NCBI GenBank assembly: GCA_016285145.1
Contig: JAEEQE010000009.1
Coordinates: 13,304 to 77,303, forward strand
Length of the DNA: 64,000 bases
Source of the DNA: Bacteroidales bacterium
GTDB taxonomy: Bacteria; Bacteroidota; Bacteroidia; Bacteroidales; WCHB1-69
Reading direction: 5' to 3'
In this document: positions 34,469-42,912 of the stretch, one piece after another
Numbering within the stretch: position 1 is the stretch's first letter
How the letters are laid out: the number at the start of each line of letters is the position of its first letter
The notes under the pieces: generated by a model
The model's database searches: none
Seen by the model: only the letters and a program-made list of their open reading frames with translations
What the model was told of the DNA's origin: nothing
Program-made: the position numbers and the translations under genes

Positions 34469-36603
34469 TATTTTTTAACGATTTTTTCGGTGGTGATGAT
34501 TTGATTGTTTTGTAAAATGCGGACAAAATAGAGGCCGTCGGCATAGTCTCCCAAGCGGATGGAGTTGGAGAGGAGGGAGCCTGACTGCAACAGTTTGCCG
34601 TATATGTCATATACTTGATAGGAAAGATTGTCCGGATTATCAGAGGTTTCCACGTGCAGAATGTCGTGCGTGGGGTTGGGGTAAATCCGCAGGTCGTCTT
34701 GTGTGCGTGCGGGAACTCCGGAGTGGTCGAAACGCTTGCCGACGACGGGACGGATCATGGGTGCGCCTGCGTAGTAGGACGGTACCCAGTCGTTGGCGAT
34801 TTTGTAGAAGAAATGGCCGGTGGCGTCGTTGTTCTGGTCGAAGCCGACATTGAGCTGCACATTGTGGTTTTGGTAAAAGCCTACGTAGAAGGTACCTTCG
34901 ATGGCGATGGGCTCTTCGAGGTAATAACTGGCAAATTCCAAAAAGTCGTCCGCGTGGCCGGGCAGTTGTGCAGGCAGTTCGTAGAGCACATCGCCGGGTT
35001 CTCCATTGTTGTCGGCCCAGACCATGAGGGTGAAATAGTCGATGTTTTCATCGTTCAGGGCACTGTTGAACCAGATGCGCACCGACTGCAGCGAGTCGGG
35101 TTGGGCCAGCGTGAATTGCACAGCCAGATAAGACTCGGGGTGTGTCATCGTGGAGTAGAGGCAATAGCCTGCCTCGGCGGTGCCGTCATCGTAGGCGTAG
35201 TAGTTGTGGAATTTCTGCTCGAAGACGCACGTGTCGTTGGACCTGCAGTCATCATTCGCACCGACCAAGCTGAACACGTGCGTGATACGGAACGTGGCGC
35301 TATCCTGACCGTCATACGTGTAGGCGAAATCAATGGACGGGTTGGCGTGGTAGCTGTAGGTGTGCAGACCGTCGTTATAATAGGGATAGGCGTTTGCATT
35401 GTATGTGTCTGTGGCATAGACGAAACTGTTGGGCTCTTTCACAACGGAGTAGGTGTAGTAGGTGTTTTTGGCCGAGGAGGAGAGGTTACTGAGGTCGTTG
35501 CGGAACTCGGAGGCCATGTCCGAAGGACGATATTGTTTCCAGGGCATGGCTTGGTACAGATTCAGCGCGCTGGTGGTCGGTGAGACAAAAGCCACGTCAC
35601 TGGGGTAGAGGTCGCCTGCCGTGCGTCCTATGTCAATCTGTATGTAGTCGATATGCCATTGGTCGCAGTTGCTGGCCCAGCCCACGATGTTGCCGCTACT
35701 CCAGGAATCCAAATCCAGGGAGGCGTAGTTGCGGAAGCGGAACTGGAAATTGTTGCGCAGGTATTGTTCATCGGTGATGGGGATCATCACCTGTTTGAAA
35801 TAATCCAAAGGATTCTCCGCTATCCAGCTGTCTAACGAGCAGCCGTGCGAGGACCAAATCTCGTTCCATACATATTCGGGACCGAACAGGGAGTCGGAGG
35901 GTATCAGGATGACTTCTCCGGGGAATGCGGCATTTTCGAAGATGTAGTAGGTGCCAGGGATGAAAGGGTTGGGCAGACTGTCGCCGGCCTGAAAGTACAT
36001 GCCCTCGCCGACGGTGAAGTCGCCGTATGCGAATCCGGTGAATATCTGGTTGCCAGTGGCATAGCCGAATTCCAGGATGAGTTCGTCGTCATATTCGGGT
36101 TTGTCGCCGACACGCTTCCACTCCACGGGAGGATTCTGGCGGCAGCCTCCGCCCGGCTGGTAGTAAAAGCTGAAATAGAGGGAGTCGCCGATGCGCATAA
36201 GTCTGTGTTGGGTGAAGTTGCTGTCTAACCGGATGGGTGCGGAGGTGAGGGTGTCAGCGGGAAAGGCGGAGCGCTCGGCATGTGCGTAAATACGCCCGTT
36301 TTCGTCCAATGCATCTAACGTGGCCACTCCGATGGAGGGCGGGTAGATGGGATATGTGTTGTTGACAAAAGCCTGCCGGTCGGTCCAATAGTGCGGGTTG
36401 GGATAGCCGATGCCGGTGGAGAAATCCTCGATGAAGGGCAGTTTCACGGGTGTGGGCAGATCACGGGTGGGCTGGCTTTTGGCGGCGGCCTTTGCGATGA
36501 CGGCGTTGCGGACCACTCCCGTCAGCATCTCTTGAGCGTTGAGATGGAAAGAGGCAGTGGCTAAGCAGATTATAAGGAGAAAGGTCTTGGTAACAAGTTT
36601 CAT
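34468..36603 (-). CDS. Large T9SS-secreted protein of unknown function
   Basis: Signal peptide MKLVTKTFLLIICLATASFHLNAQ. Terminal CTD LRIYPNPTHDILHVET...DGLYFVRILQNNQIITTEKIVKK. Confidence 0.75.
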   Translation of the reverse strand: MKLVTKTFLLIICLATASFHLNAQEMLTGVVRNAVIAKAAAKSQPTRDLPTPVKLPFIEDFSTGIGYPNPHYWTDRQAFVNNTYPIYPPSIGVATLDALDENGRIYAHAERSAFPADTLTSAPIRLDSNFTQHRLMRIGDSLYFSFYYQPGGGCRQNPPVEWKRVGDKPEYDDELILEFGYATGNQIFTGFAYGDFTVGEGMYFQAGDSLPNPFIPGTYYIFENAAFPGEVILIPSDSLFGPEYVWNEIWSSHGCSLDSWIAENPLDYFKQVMIPITDEQYLRNNFQFRFRNYASLDLDSWSSGNIVGWASNCDQWHIDYIQIDIGRTAGDLYPSDVAFVSPTTSALNLYQAMPWKQYRPSDMASEFRNDLSNLSSSAKNTYYTYSVVKEPNSFVYATDTYNANAYPYYNDGLHTYSYHANPSIDFAYTYDGQDSATFRITHVFSLVGANDDCRSNDTCVFEQKFHNYYAYDDGTAEAGYCLYSTMTHPESYLAVQFTLAQPDSLQSVRIWFNSALNDENIDYFTLMVWADNNGEPGDVLYELPAQLPGHADDFLEFASYYLEEPIAIEGTFYVGFYQNHNVQLNVGFDQNNDATGHFFYKIANDWVPSYYAGAPMIRPVVGKRFDHSGVPARTQDDLRIYPNPTHDILHVETSDNPDNLSYQVYDIYGKLLQSGSLLSNSIRLGDYADGLYFVRILQNNQIITTEKIVKK

Positions 36604-36612
36604 GCGTTGTGA

Positions 36613-37194
36613 TTAGTTGGTTATTTCTTCGGTGGATGCCTCTGAATCGGGCAGGTATCCGATGTTTTTCCCGACGACAAGGGTTATTTTCTCGCCCATT
36701 TTGATGTCGGTGCCGGCGGCGATGGCATGGCCTTTATAGAGCACTTCCAGCACGGCGTTTTCATACGGACTCGGCTTTTCGATGACGTTGGCCAGCACCA
36801 GTCCCTGCGATTCCAGCATGATCTGTGCCTGTCGGAGCGACACGTCGTGCAGTTCCGGCATCTTGATGGTGGGCGGCACATCGGTGGCCACGGTCAGATA
36901 GACCTTGCGGCCTCGTTTCACCTTCTCGCCGGCGGCGGGGTCCTGTTTCAGCACAGTGCCGGGTGCTTTGCCATCTTCGTAGAGATGATCGTTCACGATA
37001 AACACAAATCCCTCGGACCTGCCGCGTTGGGTGAGGCTTTCTGCATTCTGACCCACGAAGCTCGGCATCTCGAACTCCCTGCCGTGGCGGGTGAAAAGCC
37101 GCAGCAGAAGCACCACCACCACCATCAGCACGATGGTGAGCACGATGGCGGCCAGCAGATGAAAACCGAACTTGTCAGAGTTTAGTTTTTTCAT
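36613..37194 (-). CDS. Membrane-anchored PASTA-domain protein
   Basis: MKKLNSDKFGFHLLAAIVLTIVLMVVVVLLL TM anchor followed by PASTA-like repeats (GTVLKQDPAAGEKVKRGRKVYLTV; VLEVLYKGHAIAAGTDIKMGEKITLVV). The start was moved to 37194 because the track's extension contains the promoter box. Confidence 0.7.
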   Translation of the reverse strand: MKKLNSDKFGFHLLAAIVLTIVLMVVVVLLLRLFTRHGREFEMPSFVGQNAESLTQRGRSEGFVFIVNDHLYEDGKAPGTVLKQDPAAGEKVKRGRKVYLTVATDVPPTIKMPELHDVSLRQAQIMLESQGLVLANVIEKPSPYENAVLEVLYKGHAIAAGTDIKMGEKITLVVGKNIGYLPDSEASTEEITN

Positions 37195-37253
37195 ATTCGG
37201 AAAAGTCGTAACGGTATTAACTTGAAAAAATCGGTTATATTGTAAATCCGCTG

Positions 37254-37261
37254 CAAAAATA
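37254..37261 (-). promoter_or_regulatory. -7 promoter box (TATTTTTG on minus strand) for the PASTA gene
   Basis: Exact TAnnTTTG, 60 nt upstream of ATG 37194. Confidence 0.5.
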
Positions 37262-37336
37262 CAAAAAAAGGGGACAGGGTACATTTTTAGCGTTTCCCGA
37301 TAGATGCAATGCGGAAATCGCCGGAAACTACCTCAC

Positions 37337-37756
37337 TTATAGGTTGTCGTGGTGCGGTTGGACGGTCAGCTTGAGGTCGCTCTTCATTTCGGAAGTCGAT
37401 AAAATCCTGTTCAAGGTGTCGTACAGTCCGTTTTCCCTCCCGTCGATGTCTTCCACGGTGATACGGTAGCCTCTGGAGCCATCTAAGAAACAGGTGGCAT
37501 TGTCGCTGAATCTGCCGTTGTTGTCCGTGGTGTCGGCGAAGTTGATGTCCGGAATGGCGACCCGCATGCCTTCCACCGGCGTGCCGCTCACCGCATCAGT
37601 GACGGTTCCCTGAACGGAAATCTCACTGTAGTAATCCTGTGACGGCATCCCGTAGCAGGCTTGGAAAGTGAACATTAGGGCCGTGGCCGAGAACGATCCG
37701 AAAAGGAATCGCAGCACTTGCTGCTTTTTTTCTTTGATTTTTTGAACGATTTTCAT
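37337..37756 (-). CDS. Small lipoprotein, paralog of the radical-SAM-associated lipoprotein at 61320..61742
   Basis: MKIVQKIKEKKQQVLRFLFGSFSATALMFTFQACYG is near-identical to the N-terminus of ORF 61320..61742. Shared downstream motifs are G.VTDA...PVEG, DTTDN.G.F.D, ENGLY and L.LTV. The start was moved to ATG 37756, just downstream of a -7 box. Confidence 0.75.
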   Translation of the reverse strand: MKIVQKIKEKKQQVLRFLFGSFSATALMFTFQACYGMPSQDYYSEISVQGTVTDAVSGTPVEGMRVAIPDINFADTTDNNGRFSDNATCFLDGSRGYRITVEDIDGRENGLYDTLNRILSTSEMKSDLKLTVQPHHDNL

Positions 37757-37764
37757 AACGCTGG

Positions 37765-37772
37765 CAAAGATA
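37765..37772 (-). promoter_or_regulatory. -7 promoter box (TATCTTTG on minus strand)
   Basis: Exact TAnnTTTG, 9 nt upstream of ATG 37756, which implies a leaderless or near-leaderless mRNA. Confidence 0.45.
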
Positions 37773-37908
37773 GCATTTTTTTCGTTCCTCATCTATATGC
37801 CCGCCGAACTCGCAGAAATACGCAGACAGGGTATTTACAAGATTCAAGGGGATAATTCAGAATTTTTTTCGGCGGTAAAGATACAAAAAAAGTGAACGGA
37901 GAACAGTG

Positions 37909-37951
37909 CAATTAATAATTAACAGTTAATAATTAATAGTCAATAATCAAA
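37909..37951. repeat. AT-rich heptad-repeat element, copy 1 (AATTAAT AATTAAC AGTTAAT AATTAAT AGTCAAT AATCAAA)
   Basis: Six tandem 7-mers read directly. It shares a 16-mer with copy 2 and a 21-mer with copy 3. Confidence 0.85.
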
Positions 37952-38003
37952 TATATGGTAGCACGGAGGACACAGTCGCTTGTCCCTGTTCACTATTCAT
38001 TGT

Positions 38004-38726
38004 TCATTGCTCATTATTAATTACCTCTGCCCGTATGGCATTTTCCACACTGTATTCGCCGATGCGGGTGCGGCGCAGGGCGGTGAGGTGTCCGCCGCTT
38101 TGCAGGGCTATGCCGAAGTCGCGGGCCACGGAGCGGATGTAGGTACCCTTGGAGCATACGATGCGGAAGTCCACGTCGGGCAAGGCGAAGCGGGTAATCT
38201 CGAATTCATGGATGGTGATCTCCTTGGCGGTGATGGCGGCTTCTTCGCCCTTGCGGGCCAGCTCGTACGCCCGCCGCCCGTCTAAGCGTATAGCGGAGTA
38301 CATCGGCGGCACCTGCTGCAGGACGCCCGTCAGCGAGCGGGCTGCTTCGGCGGCCATCTCCGGCGTGATGTGCTCGTAAGGGTACTCCGCATCGATAGGA
38401 TGCTCCAGGTCGAAGCTGGGCGTGGTGGCCCCCAGCCGGATGGTGCCCGTGTATTCCTTGATGCCCTCCTGGATGCGGTCGATCTGCTTGGTCATCTTGC
38501 CCACGCACACGATGAGCAGGCCCGTGGCCAACGGGTCCAGCGTGCCCGCGTGGCCCACCTTGACCTTGTGGCCCGTCTGCCGCTGGACGATGCGGCGCAC
38601 CTTGCCCACAATGTCGAACGAGGTGCAGCTGTAGGGCTTGTCGAAGAGAAGCACGTCTTCCTCCGGGTTTACATTGAAATCCGGCAGTGTGAAGGTTGCG
38701 CTATGGATGAATTTTTTCTTTATCAT
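38004..38726 (-). CDS. truB: tRNA pseudouridine(55) synthase
   Basis: [14 protein letters not shown] catalytic-Asp motif and YSA.R..G.R.YE.AR. The start was moved to MIKKKF (ATG 38726, ATGA overlap with uppP). The 448-aa track ORF is an out-of-character extension through uppP. Confidence 0.9.
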   Translation of the reverse strand: MIKKKFIHSATFTLPDFNVNPEEDVLLFDKPYSCTSFDIVGKVRRIVQRQTGHKVKVGHAGTLDPLATGLLIVCVGKMTKQIDRIQEGIKEYTGTIRLGATTPSFDLEHPIDAEYPYEHITPEMAAEAARSLTGVLQQVPPMYSAIRLDGRRAYELARKGEEAAITAKEITIHEFEITRFALPDVDFRIVCSKGTYIRSVARDFGIALQSGGHLTALRRTRIGEYSVENAIRAEVINNEQ

Positions 38727-39544
38727 GCTCCAAAACAGATGGCGAGGATACCCACAATGGCACAATACAGGGCAAACCAGATGAGTTTGCCTTTTTTCAC
38801 GATGTTGATCATCCATTTGCAGGCAAGACAGCCCGTGATGAAGGCCGCGATGAAACCGATGAGGAGCGTGCCAGCGGAGATGCCGCTCATGGCTGTGCTG
38901 AAGCCCTCCTGGCAGATGTCGATGGTGTCGAGCAGGGCTTCGCCCAACACGGGTGGTATAACCATCAGGAAGGAAAATTGGGCGAGGCTCTCCTTCCGGT
39001 TGCCCAACAGCAGGCCCGTGGCGATGGTGGTGCCTGAACGCGAGAGACCGGGCATCACGGCGACGGCCTGGCCGATGCCGATGATGAAGGCGTGCCACCC
39101 GGAGATGCGCTCGCGCTGGCGAGGTTTGGCATAATAGGAGAAGGCCAGCAACGAGGCCGTGACCAACAACATGATGCCCACAATCAGCAGGCCGGAGCCG
39201 AAAATCTCCTCCACCTTGTCTTTGAAGAGAAAACCCACGATGGCCACCGGAATCATGGAGATGAGGATGTTGATGGCGTATTTCGTACCGTCGTTCAGTC
39301 CCGAATAGGTTTTCCAAGACTGCTTGGTGAAGAGGTCGCGGAAAATCCATACGATCTCTTTCCAGAGGATCACCAAAGTGCTGAGCACGGTGGCCACGTG
39401 CAAGGTCACGATCATGGCCAGGCTCGACTCGCCCGAAAGTCCGAACAGATGGGAAAGGATGGCGAGGTGCCCGCTGCTGCTGACAGGCAGGAACTCGGTC
39501 AACCCTTGGATGATGCCGAGTAGGAGTGCCTCTAATGCGTTCAT
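38723..39544 (-). CDS. uppP: Undecaprenyl-diphosphate phosphatase
   Basis: [27 protein letters not shown] and [10 protein letters not shown] are BacA/UppP signatures. Confidence 0.9.
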   Translation of the reverse strand: MNALEALLLGIIQGLTEFLPVSSSGHLAILSHLFGLSGESSLAMIVTLHVATVLSTLVILWKEIVWIFRDLFTKQSWKTYSGLNDGTKYAINILISMIPVAIVGFLFKDKVEEIFGSGLLIVGIMLLVTASLLAFSYYAKPRQRERISGWHAFIIGIGQAVAVMPGLSRSGTTIATGLLLGNRKESLAQFSFLMVIPPVLGEALLDTIDICQEGFSTAMSGISAGTLLIGFIAAFITGCLACKWMINIVKKGKLIWFALYCAIVGILAICFGA

Positions 39545-39556
39545 ATCCGGAAAACG

Positions 39557-39853
39557 CTATGCTTCAGGTTCGCTGTTCTCTTCCTTCTTGGCTCTCGGAT
39601 GCCACATGATGGCGACCACTTCCGTGGCGAGGCCAAGGAACATGAGGATGGGGGCCACCACGATGCGGCGGGTGTTGAAAATCTCGCCGTCGAAGGTGTT
39701 CGGGTCGGAGACGGCACCGCCTCTCAGACAGAAAAGGCCGATGACGAACAGCAGGATGCCGACCGCCATAATGATATAGTTCATCTTCCGGAACAACGGG
39801 GCTTTTTTACCGTCGGAAGGATTGTTTTGGGCACGTTTGGTTTGGATTGCCAT
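39557..39853 (-). CDS. DUF3098 family small membrane protein
   Basis: 98 aa with two TM helices, in the conserved Bacteroidota position between ftsX and uppP. Confidence 0.65.
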   Translation of the reverse strand: MAIQTKRAQNNPSDGKKAPLFRKMNYIIMAVGILLFVIGLFCLRGGAVSDPNTFDGEIFNTRRIVVAPILMFLGLATEVVAIMWHPRAKKEENSEPEA

Positions 39854-39883
39854 GATGATGTTTTTTATCAGATTTATAAATGA

Positions 39884-40768
39884 TTACAAATAAAGCCGCT
39901 CGTCATTGATGCGGATGTACCGGTTGACCGAAATGCTGGAGATGAAGATGGTGAAGAGAATGCTGAACAGCAGGATGCCGCCCAGGATGAAGGCGATGTA
40001 GGTCATCTCGGAGAAATCGATGAATTCGGGCATGGCGCGGTTGCCGAAATAGAGCAGGGTGGCAATGAGGAGGATGGCGATGATGCCGCCCCAGATGCCC
40101 TGCAGGAGACTCTTGGTCACGAAGGGCTTGCGCACGAATTTCGGGGTGGCGCCCACCAACAGCATACTCTTGATGTTGAAACGCTTGGCGTAGATGTTCA
40201 GCCGGATGCAGTTGGCAATCAGCAGCATGGTGATGAACATGAAGACGGCACTGACCGCCAGGATGATCCACTGTATTTTCCGGAAATTGTTGCTCACCGA
40301 CTTGACGATGAAGTCGGGATAGTCCACATCCTGCACAATCTCGTTGCGCTTGAGCTCCTTGGAAATCTTGTTCAGCGAGTCGGAGTTGGCGTAGGCCGGC
40401 ATCACGCTGATGATGATGGAGGCGTTGAGCGGATTCTCGATGATGTCGGTGTAGTTGCTGCCGATAATCTTGATGGCGTTCCGCGTGTTCTCCTCCTTGG
40501 ACGACACGCGTGAGGAGGCAATGTACGGTTTGAGTTTGATCTTCTGCTCCAACGATACGATGTCGGCCTCTTTCACATCGGAATAGAAAAGCACTTCCAT
40601 TTCGATTTTCTGTGACAGGTTGTGCAGGTATCGGGTGGAGAAAAAGGCGAAAAACGCCAGCGCACCGATGAAGAACATGGTGAGGGCGATGCTGAATACG
40701 GAACCGAAAGCCGAAAGCCGCAGCCGTGCTTTGGTGATTTTGTCTATGGAATCCGGATAATTTGCCAT
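39884..40768 (-). CDS. ftsX: Cell-division FtsX-like permease
   Basis: Four-TM FtsX topology with a periplasmic loop after TM1. The start is taken at MANYPDSIDKITKARL (ATG 40768). Confidence 0.75.
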   Translation of the reverse strand: MANYPDSIDKITKARLRLSAFGSVFSIALTMFFIGALAFFAFFSTRYLHNLSQKIEMEVLFYSDVKEADIVSLEQKIKLKPYIASSRVSSKEENTRNAIKIIGSNYTDIIENPLNASIIISVMPAYANSDSLNKISKELKRNEIVQDVDYPDFIVKSVSNNFRKIQWIILAVSAVFMFITMLLIANCIRLNIYAKRFNIKSMLLVGATPKFVRKPFVTKSLLQGIWGGIIAILLIATLLYFGNRAMPEFIDFSEMTYIAFILGGILLFSILFTIFISSISVNRYIRINDERLYL

Positions 40769-40792
40769 CCTGAAAAATTTTTTTTGAGGCTG

Positions 40793-40800
40793 CAAAAGTA
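40793..40800 (-). promoter_or_regulatory. -7 promoter box (TACTTTTG on minus strand) for the ftsX-DUF3098-uppP-truB operon
   Basis: Exact TAnnTTTG, 25 nt upstream of ATG 40768. An identical octamer on the + strand lies 29 nt away. Confidence 0.55.
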
Positions 40801-40828
40801 CGAAAAAATATCACGTGCGAAAAAATAT

Positions 40829-40836
40829 TACTTTTG
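40829..40836 (+). promoter_or_regulatory. -7 promoter box (TACTTTTG) for the ABC exporter gene
   Basis: Exact TAnnTTTG, 16 nt upstream of ATG 40852. Confidence 0.55.
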
Positions 40837-40851
40837 CCCCCGTTTCCGATT

Positions 40852-42681
40852 ATGAAACTTTTACTACGGCTGTTTAAATATTTGCGGGGCTACAAGGGGC
40901 ATATCGTCCTCGTCCTGGTGGCGAATTTTCTTTACGCCATCTTCTCGATTTTCACCCTGTCGATGATCGTCCCGTTCCTGAATGTGCTGTTCCGGCAGGG
41001 CACGACGGTGGCGGTGAAGCCCTCGTTTGCCTTCACCACGCAGTATGTGGTGGACACGTTTTACTACTACATGGGCCAGGTGGTGGCGAGCCACGGTCCC
41101 TCGTCCGCCTTGCTCTTCATCGCCGTGGTGATGGTGGTGCTCTCCCTTCTGTCGAACCTGAGCCGCTATATGGGCATGTACGTGTGGGCCACCATCCGTG
41201 CCGGCCTCATGCATGACATGCGGTCTGACTTTTACGGGCGGTTGCTGCAGCTGCCCCTCTCATTTTTCACTGAGCAGCGGCGCGGCGACATCATCAGCCG
41301 CATCGGGGCCGATGTGTATGAAGTGGAATGGTCGATTTTCTTCACCCTGCAGTCGCTCTGCCGCGACCCCTTCATGATTGTGCTCTTTCTGATCGTGCTC
41401 TTCTCCATCAGCGCCCGCCTCACGCTCATCGCCCTCGTCATTCTGCCGTTGGTGGGCTATGTGTTAGCCCTTATTGGCAAGAACATCAAGAAACACTCCC
41501 TGAAATCGCAGCAGACGCTCGGGAAGATGAGTTCCCTCTTCGAGGAGACCATCGGAGGCCTCCGCGTGCTGAAGGCTTACAACGCCCAGCAGACCGCCAG
41601 CCGCCGCTTCCATGATCAGAACTTCCAGTTTTATAGGCTGAACAAGCGTATTTTCCGTATCAATGAGCTGGGCTCCCCGCTGATTGAGTTTCTCTGCATC
41701 CTCACGCTCTTGCTCATCACCTTGGTAGGCATGGTGGCGCTGCCCACGCCCGCCTTCGCCGACGGCACGATGTTCATGCTCTATTTTGTGATCTTTGCCC
41801 GTATCATCCCGCCGGCCAAGTCGCTGGTTTCCACAATTTATACCATGCAGAAGGGACTTTCCGCCGCCAGCCGCGTGTATGAGGTGATGGATGCCGACGA
41901 GAAGATTGTGGAGTGCGAGAATCCGGTAGCTGTGTCTCATTTGAGTGACAAAATCGAATATAAAGATGTCTCCTTCTCGTATCGCGAGGTCCCCGATGCA
42001 GAGACTTGCGAGGTGCTGCACCATGTGGACTTCATTCTGCGACGCGGCTCTACCATTGCGCTGGTGGGCCCCTCAGGCAGCGGAAAATCCACCATCGCCG
42101 ACCTGATGCCGAGGTTCTATGATGTGCGCTTCGGACATATTCTGCTGGACGGCAAACCGCTGGACCAATATCGTATCAGCGATTTGCGCGCCTTGTTCGG
42201 CATTGTGAACCAGGATGTGATTCTATTCCACGACACCGTTTACAACAATATTGTTTTCGGAATGGAGGATGTGACGGAGGAACAGGTGTATGCGGCGGCC
42301 AAAGTGGCTCAGGCTCACGATTTTATACAAGAATTGGAGGATGGATACCAGACGGTGATCGGCGACCGGGGGATGCGGCTTTCCGGCGGCCAGCGGCAGC
42401 GCATCAGTATCGCACGCGCCATTCTCCGCAACCCGGAGGTGCTCATCCTTGACGAGGCCACTTCTGCCTTGGATAATGAATCCGAACACCTCTTCCAGGA
42501 GGCTGTGTTGCCTTTGCTGAAAAACAAGACGGCGCTTATTATCGCCCACCGGCTGAGCACCATCCGATTCGCCGACGAGATCATCTTCCTCAAAGAGGGA
42601 CGTATTGTCGAGCGGGGCACCCACGAGGAGTTGATGGCGCGGGAAGGGGAGTATTACCGCTTCTATATGGCGCAAGCGTGA
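40852..42681 (+). CDS. ABC transporter permease/ATPase fusion (MsbA-like exporter)
   Basis: Six-TM N-terminal domain, Walker A GPSGSGKST, signature LSGGQRQRISIARA and Walker B ILDEATSALD. Confidence 0.85.
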   Translation: MKLLLRLFKYLRGYKGHIVLVLVANFLYAIFSIFTLSMIVPFLNVLFRQGTTVAVKPSFAFTTQYVVDTFYYYMGQVVASHGPSSALLFIAVVMVVLSLLSNLSRYMGMYVWATIRAGLMHDMRSDFYGRLLQLPLSFFTEQRRGDIISRIGADVYEVEWSIFFTLQSLCRDPFMIVLFLIVLFSISARLTLIALVILPLVGYVLALIGKNIKKHSLKSQQTLGKMSSLFEETIGGLRVLKAYNAQQTASRRFHDQNFQFYRLNKRIFRINELGSPLIEFLCILTLLLITLVGMVALPTPAFADGTMFMLYFVIFARIIPPAKSLVSTIYTMQKGLSAASRVYEVMDADEKIVECENPVAVSHLSDKIEYKDVSFSYREVPDAETCEVLHHVDFILRRGSTIALVGPSGSGKSTIADLMPRFYDVRFGHILLDGKPLDQYRISDLRALFGIVNQDVILFHDTVYNNIVFGMEDVTEEQVYAAAKVAQAHDFIQELEDGYQTVIGDRGMRLSGGQRQRISIARAILRNPEVLILDEATSALDNESEHLFQEAVLPLLKNKTALIIAHRLSTIRFADEIIFLKEGRIVERGTHEELMAREGEYYRFYMAQA

Positions 42682-42690
42682 GGGGATGGG

Positions 42691-42730
42691 GCAATTGACA
42701 ATTAATAATTAACAATTAAAATTGACAATG
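42691..42730. repeat. AT-rich heptad-repeat element, copy 2
   Basis: GCAATTGACAATTAATAATTAACAATTAAAATTGACAATG, starting 10 nt after the ABC gene stop. Confidence 0.85.
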
Positions 42731-42912
42731 TACGTTTGCACTTTCACACTTTTTACTTTATTCATGCAAACATTACGAACCTTATGGACAACTATACACT
42801 GACTATTGGCTACTAACGCTAAAAATTCGTGTAAAGGCACGAGATGTCTTCGTGGGCAGGGGCCAGCAGCAGGCAAAGCACCAAAGCCGCTATGACGATT
42901 ACGGCTATAATC

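Noticed and set aside
37876-37883. TATCTTTA (one mismatch from the -7 consensus) in the motif TATCTTTACCGCCG on the minus strand. The octamer and following CCGCC recur at 5642-5649, where the flank is CCGCCC.
   Set aside because: It is an imperfect box. At 37876 it would only support the longer, less likely start at 37792. The 5642 copy may be the real promoter of the T9SS gene at 5600, but the G-to-A deviation keeps confidence low.
38727-39350. N-terminal 208 codons of the 448-aa ORF 38004..39350.
   Set aside because: This part overlaps uppP in another frame and is Arg/His/Gly/Pro-rich nonsense. TruB homology begins exactly at MIKKKF (38726), which forms an ATGA junction with uppP.
39903-40814. 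303-aa same-strand alternative-frame ORF over ftsX.
   Set aside because: It has an Arg/His/Gln-rich composition and no TM helices or motifs. The other frame gives a canonical four-TM FtsX.
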